This document shows positions 1 to 10,717 of a stretch of DNA of 64,000 bases, in pieces. The translations under genes and the position numbers were made by a program. The stretch's first letter is position 1. Each line of letters opens with the position of its first letter. Where the stretch lies: NCBI GenBank assembly GCA_040285825.1, contig JAUPSS010000002.1, positions 3,782,001 to 3,846,000 on the forward strand. The letters are read 5' to 3'. A model generated the notes under the pieces. The model had not been told where the DNA came from. It saw only the letters and a list, made by a program, of their open reading frames with translations, and searched no databases. This DNA comes from Eukaryota sp. TZLM1-RC. Taxonomy: Eukaryota > Protista > Metamonada: BaSk clade.

Positions 1-180
1 ATGGCGTTCACGGATTCAATTTGCCATTATTAATAGATTACCACGGTTTTTCAATCGAATAAGAGAAGCTTTAGCTAGACAGCATGCAGATCAAGATTTT
101 GTAGAGGAAATCTTGGTTCAATGATAGTCGTCCCATTAGTTATGAGTTAATTTAATTAAGTGTGCAAATTCAATAAATAC
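1..180 (+). mobile_element. 3' end of RLE non-LTR retrotransposon family A (cut by window edge)
   Basis: Near-identical to the reverse complement of 2388-2570: ...FVEEILVQ* then 3' UTR TAGTCGTCCCATTAGTTATGA...AATAAATAC. Confidence 0.9.
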
Positions 181-310
181 ATATCTTTACTTAAATGTGA
201 CAAGGTATAACTTTTTCATGTGCTACAATTGCTCTGCAGTTTGACGAGCATTAAAATCCAAGTCTTCAAACAATTCTTTTATCTACAATTTCATTTATTC
301 CACCGAGAAA

Positions 311-890
311 CTAAACACAAAAATTAAAGTTCTGAATCTTCATATCCAAAATCAGCCAACAAAAAATGAGTGGAAGTTTTTCCTTCATAAAAGCGACCAA
401 GAGATAATAAACCAGAAGACAATAACGGGACAACACCTTTAACAATTTGAAAATACAATTCTGTTCTGCCAAAACGTTTTCAAAAATTCTTCCTGTACGT
501 TGCTTTACAATTTCAACAAAATCATCCAAGAACGATAAAGCAAGTAGTCCAAGCGTACCGTGTAGGGAAAAAGCAAATGAACAAAGGACACAATGAGTAT
601 TCAAGGATAGCAATTTTGTTTAATATTTATCAGTTTTAGGTATTTCGGCAACAGACAGCGGATTCTTGTGTTTTGACTGAGCTAATGGTAAAACAGAATT
701 ATTACATACATCAGTGGATCTCACATCAGTAATGATAGTCGTTCCTTCACGGCCTCCAAGCATGAAATCACCTCTATTTCGACCAAAAGAATTCAAAATA
801 TTTTCATCAACCAAAAGAGAGAGTAAAGGTTGTCAGTAGAATAAAATTGTGTGTGACTTTGACATACAATAGAGTTGATCCTTACTGCAC
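311..890 (-). mobile_element. Degenerate 3' fragment of a divergent RLE non-LTR retrotransposon
   Basis: Broken frames encode NRGDFMLGG..IITDVRSTD..KTDKY and FAFSLHGTLG..FLDDF..VKQRTGRIF, homologous to the RLE C-termini at 21747 and 45960; ends approximate. Confidence 0.8.
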
Positions 891-1115
891 TGATGCTGGA
901 TAATTATTTCTATCGGCCAGGGTTGAAATTAATTAAGAAATCTTGATTTTGACATACAATAGTCTAACAATGCTTTAAGGATTTTCCGTTCCCGTTCACA
1001 TTCAAAAATATAACGATATCTGCAAAATTTATAGAAAAAGACCAAAAGATGGTGAAAACAGAAAAAAACAAAATAATGCTACATTAACCCTAAAAGAATA
1101 AAAAATTAAATTTTA

Positions 1116-2382
1116 TTAATTATCCCTTCCAGAAGCAAACACTATGGAATTTGCTAGCAATAAATGACCATCTGTGGAGCTCTTCCATCCAGATCCACTG
1201 ACGCTATCAGCACTGAAACCATCTGAAGCAAAATCCACCACTCTACTTTTGTTATATTCACTCTTCAACACCAAAGGATCTCCATTTTTCAAGGTAGCAA
1301 CTGTTTGAAATTCAGGGTTGATGGAACTGTATTTTGCACCACGATAACAGGAAAAAGAGTTTACTGATTGCATAATTGAATCATTCTGGTTTGAGTTACC
1401 AAGTTCAATGAAAGAGCCAAATGAATTAGTACCACTCAAACCCTTGAATGCTCCATATCTAAAATCACCTTTGATTATACTTCCATTACAACTAAACAGA
1501 ATCAAACCTTTGCCAGCTTCTACTACTTGTTCAAGGAGTCTGGGTTGGATAGGTAAGGCAAATGTACTGTACAATACAACATCAAAATTATCAATGTCAG
1601 TAAAATCTGGTTTATTGGTGGGGATAATTTGTACCTCAAGATGAGGCCAATTTTGAGTGAACCCTTTTTGAATATTTTGAGTGATATTATTATGCCAGTT
1701 TGAATATGCCCACAAACAAACCCTAATTAATCGGCTTGGTAAATCTTCAAATAAAACATTTCTGCCAAATAATTTTGTCGTAATAGTTTCTAATTCAGTT
1801 GAATTAGAATTAAGAGACTTTTTCAGCACACTTTTCAACCAAATTTCCTTATTTTCATTCATGAATTCCTGTTGTGTTAACCCAAATAAAAGATTTTTGG
1901 GAATAACAGAAACCTTAGGTTTGGAATTGAAGCTAAAAAATGAAATTACGTAATTGAAAAGAGAAATGTTGTTGTATTTGATTGACATAATGATGAGTCG
2001 GTCAAAATCAGAGAAATTGATTGATTGGGTTGACACAATCTGAAGCATACTCAGAATTGATTGATCTTCATAATTGATTGATTCAGCCAATGTAATTAGT
2101 TCTTCAAACTCTTTGATAGTGAACCCATTGCGTATTTGTAAATAAAATGAAAATAAATCATTCTGGAAATCCTTGTTCTTGATTTCATTCATAATTGTTG
2201 TTAATTTCGACAAATTGACGAAATCATCAGCAATTAAATCATCAATCAAATCAGCAGTCAATGATGTTTCCGTCAAATCAATCACATTACCAGTCAGTTT
2301 TGATTGAAAAGCTTTACAAAACTTGGTGTTCAAAACCCTTGAAATTTCCCCTTCACAAAGTTGAATTTTGATGCCTTTAAAT
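1116..2382 (-). pseudogene. C-terminal half of the BTB-domain gene interrupted by a LINE; ends in a possible class I glutamine amidotransferase-like fold
   Basis: In frame with 5726-7359 across the 12-bp duplication ATGCCTTTAAAT (FKGI is encoded at both junctions); the ORF-track start lies inside the LINE 3' UTR. Confidence 0.85.
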
Positions 2383-5300
2383 TTATCGTATTTATTGAAT
2401 TTGCACACTTGATTAAATTAAATCATAACTAATGGGACGACTATCATTAAACCAAGATTTCCTCTACAAAATCTTGATTTGCTTGCTGTCTAGCTAAAGC
2501 TTCTCTAATTCGATTGAAAAACCGCGGTAATCTATTAATAATGGCAAATTGAATCCGTGAACGCCATAAAAAAATATCAAATCTTTTCATTGTTTTTTCT
2601 TTCACCATTTTTTGGAAGTCATCCAAAAAAGTTTCTGCTTCAACTGATAATCTTCCATTTATCGAAAATGGGAAAGCAATAAAAACCAGCTGTGTATTTC
2701 TATCGACATTTGCATCTTCAATTTCTTTATCATATTTTCTATGTTTTTCTTTTGCTTTAAAATCCAGAGCAGCCACAGGATTAAGTTTTCTTCTGTGAAC
2801 CAAAGTATCGTTTGCAACATTACATGAGACAAAGTCAACAATAGCTTCAGAATTATCAATCCAATCACAGTATACATCACCTCTATCATCAGAACCAAAA
2901 TTATTCAGAGAAAGTGTTTCCTTCAGCAGGGGCTCTTTGATACACGATATCCTTGCAGTTTGTGCCATATTGAAAACAGTGTCTCTAACAGCATCATGTA
3001 ATGAAGAACGATAAGTTATCAATTTAGAGCAATTTAGAGCATGGCGCAAAGTGAGTTGAGGTGAATTCGAACAAATACATTTTTCTTTTGATAATAATTG
3101 GTTAATGGGGATGTTCAAATATAATCTCATTTTTGTTACAAATGCTTCATTAGTGGCACACAATCCAAATCTTCGTGGTACAATGGTTACAAAAAGTGAA
3201 GAATCTGACGCCTTGTTTTCACAAACACCCTTTTCCAATAACAATGAGTGAAGATCTTGATTTAAAACAGCCGAGCTGCAAATATTATTATAAAGATCTT
3301 TTTCATACATTCCAGTCAATCTTTTTCTGTAATGTTCGAAGAGTGTACTTCAAATTTAAAACATTTTTTCTGGAATATTGCCATTGAATGATTGGGGAAA
3401 ACATCGACCCCATTTTTCTACATCAATTCTTGAAATTTCTTCATTTAATGCAAAAACAGTGGAACTTTGCGTTGTCATCAATAAATCTTCCCAATCTGCA
3501 AATCTTTCGGAAAACTCAAAGATTGCATTTCTGCATCCACCAACAAAAGCACACGAGGTAAGAATAGAAGCCTTCGTCCACCCTAAACCACCATAATGTG
3601 GACTAAGGTAAGCATGATCTGGAATTTGAAACATTTTACATCCCAGTAATTGCGACAGAACTTTTGCACGTAACTCATTAAACTTTTGAGCCAAAGGTCT
3701 AGTGACGAGAGGATTTGTAGATCGAAATATATGATTAAATTTGGAACTAAAACACAGTCTTATAATGGTAAATTTGATGTGTTTTTTTATATCTAAATTC
3801 ATCATTCGGTCAATTTTGTCAGAAATTGAGTTCAACTTTTCAAACAATTTTTTGGTAATTTCATCATTATTTCCTAAAAACGAACCCAAATGACGAATAG
3901 CATCAATTGAATATAATTTGGCTTGAATTTCAATATCATCAATTATTGTGGAAACTGGAGAATTCGATAACAAAACACATTTAAGTAAATTAAGTCGGAG
4001 ACCAATTTTGGTAAATAGTTCTTTAAAACATACAGTTGCTTTTTTCACAATATTTAAATCACCAATAAGCACAACATCATCCATATATGCAATCATTTTT
4101 AGTGAAGGAAACATCTCTTGAATTTGCAGTAGAATAGGATGAATGGCCAAACAAAACAAAAGAGGTCCCAACGGATCTCCTTGCTTTACGCCACTTGATG
4201 AACTCAAAATGTTGTTACCAAAATGTAAATTAGAATATGTGCAATATGTTGATTGAAAATATGGTATTAATTCCGGCATATATTGCAATAGAGCACCATG
4301 GATACTGCGACGACTTAGTGAATTGAAAGCATTACTAAAATCCAATGACATGCAAACATTGGATTCATTTTGACGAAATAAGACATCAGTAGCAAAAATC
4401 GCTGAAGAGACTCCATCTGTAGTATTTATACCATATTGAAAGGGTAATAAAATCTTTTTAGCTTTTTCATTGAACCTGCTTAAGCAACATGCAGAAAAAA
4501 TATTGTGTAAGCTCTCAGAGACTGCAATAGGACGAACATCCATTTTTGAATTTTTGACAAGTGCAGTTAAACGAGAACTTCTTAATTCTTCTGGGTATTT
4601 GCGTTGACCAGATAATATTTGGTTGAAAAATTTGGTCAATAAACCAAGGCAATCTTCTGAAGAAATAATCGCGGCTTTTACATGATCAATAGTAATACCA
4701 GAAAGTCCGGCAGATTTACCACGAGGTCTCTTTTTGATAACCGAAAAAACTTCTGATGGCATCAATGGATAATTTTCCCAGTATGTGCCGTAAAAATTTT
4801 GATCCATTATAGGGTCTTCATAAGGATGAAGTATTTTCAATTTATCTATTGTATTTTCATTGTTCGGTGCTTTAACTCCGGGACTTAAAGCTGACAAAGC
4901 CTTGGACCATTTGTTGTCAAAGCATTTGTCTTCAAAAATTTTACTCAATTTCTCGGATGACTGATTTCTCGGTGCTATATTAGTTAAATCTTCGGAAATA
5001 TTAACGAAATTTTGTTCAAAAGGAGGACAAAAAGAACCAAAAAATTCCCAAATAATATTGATAGCATACTTTCCTTTACATAATTGATCCAAAAATCTTT
5101 GAAAAACGAAAGCAAATTCATTGCATTTGGTCGGATGAATTTCTTGAGGTATTCTTATAGGAGGATGGTAGTTATCAACTATGCGGCATTTCAAGCAGCG
5201 ATCAGAAGTTTTTCCTTTTGCATTTTTTCTAAAAGAAATACCACAATTGTTGCAAGTTTTGTGCTTCAATCGATTGCTCACTGGTTTTGCAACAACTTGT

Positions 5301-5725
5301 GGAGCATCATTTATGGGTTCTACCTTAGACTCTTTCCTTCTAATAAATTTTCTTTTACATTTTGTTTCAGATTTTGCCACATCATTTTTTCCAACATTGG
5401 GGCATGTTCGAGCATTATGTCCCTGTTGTCGACACTTTGAGCATCTGTAGGAGCGTGGCTTTGTTTTTGAACAAACTTTGTTCTCATCGTGATTGTCTAA
5501 TAATTCTTGATCAGAATTTTTTTTGTCCAAAAATGAAGAGAGAAAAGGTTGAGGAGGAGAGGTGGAAAGGACGTCTTGAGCATCTTGTTGTCTATCGTTC
5601 TTTCTTTTGACTCCATTAGAATCAGAAACTGATTCAGGCATCAACAAGAAAGATTAGAAGCAATGATCGCGGTTCAGCCAGGTCTTAAGTTAAACGGTTA
5701 TATGTAGAGGAAGAAAAAAAAATTT
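2383..5725 (-). mobile_element. Apparently full-length CRE-like RLE non-LTR retrotransposon (family A), 3343 bp, 12-bp TSD
   Basis: TSD at 2371-2382 and 5726-5737; single ORF with zinc knuckle, RT, CCHC-like finger and restriction-like endonuclease. Confidence 0.92.
2447..5644 (-). CDS. LINE polyprotein: zinc knuckle, reverse transcriptase, RLE endonuclease; one frameshift near 3360
   Basis: CSKCRQQGHNARTC; RPIAV, LDFSNAFNS, GVKQGDPLGPLLF, AYMDD; CICS..HALNC..HDAVRD; RGD..VDF..KHRKY. The copy at 37726-38877 reads through the frameshifted site (IPQKNLLNLKY). Confidence 0.9.
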
Positions 5726-7359
5726 ATGCCTTTAAATGAATTTTGATCGATAATATTTCCGCTTTTCGGTAGTACAACATCTATATGGAAGGGATACATT
5801 ATTGAGTAAAGTTCTGTGCAAGACTTGAGCGGAATAGCTAAAATTTGGTTAAGGTCAGCAAAAGTGAAATTTTCAAAATCAAACATATACAAACATTCCT
5901 TGAAAATTTCAACATTCCAATCAGAATCTGATTGATCTTTAATGGAAAGTTCCTGGTATGACGTGACCAACGATTGAAGAAGCCAGTAATCTGTTTCAAA
6001 ATGATTGGAAACGTCATCCTTTAATTTTTGAAATGTATTTGCTTTAATTGCAATAGGATCAGCATTAATTACCTTGAATTTTGCAATTAAACTACCTATA
6101 TAATCCAAATTAAAATCATTATTATCAGCTAATTGAATTGTCTCCACCAACCAATTGGAATTGGAATTAATTTGTTTCACCAAACTAAAATAATTAATAG
6201 AGAATTCAATTAAAATCAATGACAAAGATTCAAAACTTTTTAATGGAACAAAAAGCTCCGAATACAGAAAATTGAGAGGAATATCCTTGACTTCAAGTAA
6301 AGTCAAGATATGTCTGACCTGTTCTGTGAGAAAATCACTGCTATTGACAAAAGAATCCACAAAACTTTTAATTAACCACATCACGTGATCAATTGACTTC
6401 AGTTGACCACTCAATTTGATTAACGTACAAGGTCTAAATTGAGCGGAATCACATTGACCTAGATCGAAAATACCAGGAATTTCCTTGACCAAACCATCAA
6501 TTTGATTGAATTCAATTGTATCAGCAGTTACCAACATCCAAAACAAGAAATCATTCCTGATATTAGTATTAGCACCATCTGATGACGTCATGTTAGCGGA
6601 CGATGACGTGTCAGAATCAGAATTGATTGATACAAGAGATAAACAAAAGTCCAAAAGTACACGTGTCATTTCTTCATATTTCCCAAGAATTTGAACGACT
6701 TCCTTCCAAATGAAATCAAGGTCAACTTCCTTAATTAAATTGATTGAATTCTGAAATACTGATTCCACATCTGCAACTTCGATTACACCTTCAATAAAGG
6801 ACTTCACTAGTGAATTAAGCAGCCATTTAATTGAACAACTAGTCTTTAAAAACTTTGACAAAGTCCAAAGGGTTTCTTCTTTTAAAGCAAGTGGTTTATC
6901 AAGAGTTTGATTGTCTAACAAAGGGCAACATTCCTTAATAAAGGTAGTATGAAAGCAATCATCAGCACGTGTGATGACGTGGCAAAGATCAGGTGGAGAA
7001 ATGTTTTGAATAAATGAAAAAGCGCTTGATTTAATTTGCTCAACCTTGAAGAATTCTGCAATGTAATAAAGGTCAAATGCATTCTCCTTGGTGATGGACA
7101 ATGGTTGGCAGTAAAGGGAGTCAAGGAACTGTCTGAATAGATCAACATCAACAGGGAGATCGTCAAGGTCTACGCGATAGAGTTGACGATCTGAGAAAGG
7201 CAGAACGAACCTTTGACTGAGATAGCGTGAGAAGAGGGAAACAACAGCTCGATGGGCAGCAAATTCATGTTGTTTGTAGACTAGGACAACGTCATGGAAG
7301 TCTTTGTTGTTGTATAGACCCTCAGCAAGTGTGGAGTGAGGAAACTGGAAGGAGGTCAT
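5726..7359 (-). pseudogene. N-terminal half of BTB/POZ-domain protein gene, interrupted by a LINE
   Basis: BTB motif DFHDVVLVY..EFAAHRAVVSLFSRYL..FRQFLDSLY..LYYIAEFFKVEQIK; the last 8 aa of the track ORF are LINE-derived. Confidence 0.88.
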
Positions 7360-7497
7360 TGTTATTCAAACAATTTGGTTGTGGTAATTCAATCTCCAAA
7401 ATTTGGCAAAATTCATAATATTTTTTCATTGTACTGAATTTTTATTGAATTAAAATTCTATCTAGTATCTGTTTCATAATATTCGAACACTAGACCC

Positions 7498-7561
7498 ATT
7501 ATTCGTCCCATTAGTTATGAACTAATTATATTAAGTGTGCACATTCGATAAATAATAAATT
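7498..7561 (+). mobile_element. Extremely 5'-truncated family A LINE (3' UTR only, about 64 bp)
   Basis: TCGTCCCATTAGTTATGA..TTAAGTGTGCA matches the family A 3' UTR; flanked by GAACACTAGACCC (7485-7497) and a second copy split by the Gypsy element. Confidence 0.8.
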
Positions 7562-7570
7562 GAACACTAG

Positions 7571-7741
7571 TGTTAGCCAGGCTAAACTCCTCCTGCCTAT
7601 TTCGGAAAGTATGACGTGATGTATCACGTCATCTTTAGTTTAAATTCGTTTTTGTTTAATATATTTTCGATTTTCTACCTCTGTTCTATAAACATCTGTT
7701 TTTATTCGTTTATGGAAAACCAACGTGCACTAAAGCCAACA
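7571..7741 (+). repeat. 5' LTR (171 bp)
   Basis: TGTTAGCC...AAGCCAACA, identical to 14732-14902. Confidence 0.97.
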
Positions 7742-10717
7742 GTAATTACTGTGGACGCCAGAGAATCCAACTCCGTAGCCAGGTACCCTCAAGTCGCTCC
7801 GTATTTACAACACACTGGTCGAGAAGCCATCTCCCAGTATGTGGAAGCGCTTAAGGTGTACGCATCCCGTATGTCCTCCAATCATGTCTCGTCAGACATG
7901 ACAAGAAGATATCCGTCTTCTACTCACTCACAGTCTCCCTCCGGCTCGAAGGCACCCGAGTCCTCCTCCTGCGATTCTGACCGAGAAGTTATCAAGGCAC
8001 TCGCCCAAGAAGTCGCTGCTCTGAAATCCCAACTTTCTCTCACCGAGAATTCCGAATTGAGTACTGAAGACACCTCCGAATCTACCCCTGTCTCCACTAG
8101 AACAAGAAAACCTAGTTCGACTTTAAACCCTCGAAACTTCAAACTTCCCTCCGAGATGGAATTTGAAGAAAGTCAAGACCCGCCTTCTGACTCCTCTGAC
8201 ACGACTAATGTTGCTACTTTTGAAAAGCGCCGCCTTGTTTCTGAAAATCAGCTTCACCAAGCTATGCTGCCGTATGTGTTATGTACTATTGCCCCTGTAG
8301 TGTTAGAAACCTTCGAGATCTTCGAAGGAATCGATCCCAACGACCCTGAAGCCGTTCTTTCCCACTTGTTATCCTTTTGCCGTTTTGAAGACTCTGCTGA
8401 GGCTTATCATAAGCTCCAATCTCTGAAACTCAATCTGTCCGCTCCAACCGCTGAAGAAGCCATCACTTCTTACATCTCTGCCTTCCTCAAGAAACTCCGA
8501 CTCTGTCCCTCTGAACTACCTGAATCTGCCCGTATGAAGTTCTTTACGAATGGAATACGTCCCGAGAGACTCCGCTTTATCATCCGAACCGACATAGAAA
8601 CTGGCTCTATTGATAGCTTCTCCTCCTTAGTCTCTCGCCTCCGTCAACTTCTCCCTTCCTATCACCTCCCGTACTCTGCTTACTATACTCTGCATGGCCA
8701 AAACCCTCCTCCTCCTAGATCTCAACCTTCTCGTCAGAATTCTCGAACTCCCCAGGCCCACCGCTCTGCCAACAAGTCTTATTCCGTCCGCTCCACCCCC
8801 AAGTCCTCGCCTTCCCGTCAAAGTCCTCGTTCTGAGCAGAAATATTTCTCTCCTCAGAAGTCTCCCTCTCCCATAACTTGCTTTTATTGCAAGGAGCCCG
8901 GCCATATGGTGAAGGACTGCCCAAAGCCTGGATGCAAAGCCAGCAAGCCCCGAAAATATGGAAACAATCCTACCCTCCAAAGAAAGCACAACCTTCGCCG
9001 CCAAGTCAACCAAGTAACTGACGCCAACCCTGAAGAGCCTCAAGTTAATTCTATCGTTGATTCGATTCAGTCTGCCTTGAAAGCAGATACTGCCGTCGAA
9101 AGCATCTTCCCGCATGGAGTAATGTCCTCATCCTCCTCTAGTTCTGACAATGATTCTTATAGTGTGACCCTCAACCCATTCTCTTCAATAAACCTTTATA
9201 ACTACTCGACATCTCCTTCATCATCCAGAAGCTCAACACCCTCCCTGTCATTCTCTGACGCTCAAGAGTTTCAAGAACTCTTCGACAACTTAGATTCATT
9301 AGCCCCTCCTGATGTAGATGCCAATCACGCTCTTATCTCTCGATCTCCTTCATCCTCCTCGGAACTATCCCCCAATCCAGTGTCTAATTCTAACGAGTTA
9401 GTTTCGAAAGTTTCCTCAGGCTCATCTCATGTGGTACCGCCAGGAAAGGCTCCCTCCCGTAACATAGACTCTTTGTCGTTGGAAGCTAGTCCCGACCTCG
9501 ACACTGAGTCTGGGCTGGTTGACGCCGACTGTGCTTACGCCGACGGTGGAGTAACGCATGATGTCCCTGATTTAACTAAGAAATGCTCTATGAACAAAAC
9601 TAAAGGATCTAAGGAAATGTTCAAGAAGGACGACTCCCCCGCTGAGCCCATGATCTCCCTATTCAAGAAAGAACTCAACAAGCCTGTAGACAAAAAGCTG
9701 CTCCATTTGAAGATCTTGGTCGATGAACAGACCTTCCTGTACGGAATGGTAGACACTGGAGCCACTATCTCCTGCATTTCTGAAGATCTAACCAAGAAAG
9801 CTAAACTCAAACCCACGAATAACTCTCTTGAAGTAGGATTAGCTGACCGGACTAAAGTTGTCTGCTCCCTTGTTTCTGGAAAGCTCGCCTTCTCTCTCGG
9901 AGGCGCCGCTAAGCTCACCTTTATCGACGTAACCCTTGCTGTACTCCCTTGCCAGAATTCATGTATCATTGGTTGCGACCTCCTCAAAAGGCTAGGCATC
10001 CTATCCAACGACTACCTCTTCCTTAACCTATCTGATAAGAACTATCAGTTAATGGAAGATGAATCAATCCCTGATCTGTTCATTCCTCCGTCTGACCGAG
10101 TCTCTGCTCTCTCCGCTCTCCCTGATCTGGACAAAACCTCGTTTCTGCTGAACGACCCTGCTCTGGAAACTTCGATCAAAGATTTATTGTTCAAATACCC
10201 AGAAGTATTTTCAAAGCTTCCAGCCCCTGAAGGTATAGACTGTCCACCGATGCGCATTCCTTTCCACGATGAATCCAAGATTGTTTCTAAGAAATTCCGT
10301 TACCTGTCCCCGGATAAGCTAAAGGTTGCCAACGAAGAAATGGACGTGCTCGTAAACAATGGTTTTGCTGTGCCCTATGATGGACCCTGGAGCTCACCCA
10401 TATGTCTTGTCCAACGCCCTGGGAAACCTCCTCGTCTAACTGGAGATTACTCCGGTGCTGGAGGCATCAACGACCTAACTGTTCCTGTTCCAGCCGATTT
10501 GCCCAAGATTTCTGATGTCTGTGAGTTCCTCTCTGGTAATAAATACATTGCCACCCTGGATTTGCCAAAAGCCTTCTGGCAGTTAAATCTGCATCCCGAC
10601 GATCAAGAGAAATCGGCCATAGCCATCCCTTTGAAGGAAGATCAAATACACTCGCGCTGCTTTTGGCCTAAAGAATGTTCCTGCTGTGTTTCAAAACCTC
10701 ATGAAAGGTATTTTTGA
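7712..10717 (+). CDS. Gypsy Gag, aspartic protease and N-terminal RT
   Basis: Zinc knuckle CFYCKEPGHMVKDC; protease MVDTGATISCIS; RT WSSP, LDLPKAFWQ; frameshift near 10630; likely start MENQ at 7712. Confidence 0.92.
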   Translation: MENQRALKPTVITVDARESNSVARYPQVAPYLQHTGREAISQYVEALKVYASRMSSNHVSSDMTRRYPSSTHSQSPSGSKAPESSSCDSDREVIKALAQEVAALKSQLSLTENSELSTEDTSESTPVSTRTRKPSSTLNPRNFKLPSEMEFEESQDPPSDSSDTTNVATFEKRRLVSENQLHQAMLPYVLCTIAPVVLETFEIFEGIDPNDPEAVLSHLLSFCRFEDSAEAYHKLQSLKLNLSAPTAEEAITSYISAFLKKLRLCPSELPESARMKFFTNGIRPERLRFIIRTDIETGSIDSFSSLVSRLRQLLPSYHLPYSAYYTLHGQNPPPPRSQPSRQNSRTPQAHRSANKSYSVRSTPKSSPSRQSPRSEQKYFSPQKSPSPITCFYCKEPGHMVKDCPKPGCKASKPRKYGNNPTLQRKHNLRRQVNQVTDANPEEPQVNSIVDSIQSALKADTAVESIFPHGVMSSSSSSSDNDSYSVTLNPFSSINLYNYSTSPSSSRSSTPSLSFSDAQEFQELFDNLDSLAPPDVDANHALISRSPSSSSELSPNPVSNSNELVSKVSSGSSHVVPPGKAPSRNIDSLSLEASPDLDTESGLVDADCAYADGGVTHDVPDLTKKCSMNKTKGSKEMFKKDDSPAEPMISLFKKELNKPVDKKLLHLKILVDEQTFLYGMVDTGATISCISEDLTKKAKLKPTNNSLEVGLADRTKVVCSLVSGKLAFSLGGAAKLTFIDVTLAVLPCQNSCIIGCDLLKRLGILSNDYLFLNLSDKNYQLMEDESIPDLFIPPSDRVSALSALPDLDKTSFLLNDPALETSIKDLLFKYPEVFSKLPAPEGIDCPPMRIPFHDESKIVSKKFRYLSPDKLKVANEEMDVLVNNGFAVPYDGPWSSPICLVQRPGKPPRLTGDYSGAGGINDLTVPVPADLPKISDVCEFLSGNKYIATLDLPKAFWQLNLHPDDQEKSAIAIPLKEDQIHSRCFWPKECSCCVSKPHERYF

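Noticed and set aside
10620-10640. Programmed ribosomal frameshift in the Gypsy element
   Set aside because: Falls in the middle of RT rather than at the gag-pol boundary; the copy has other lesions, so mutation or sequencing error is more likely
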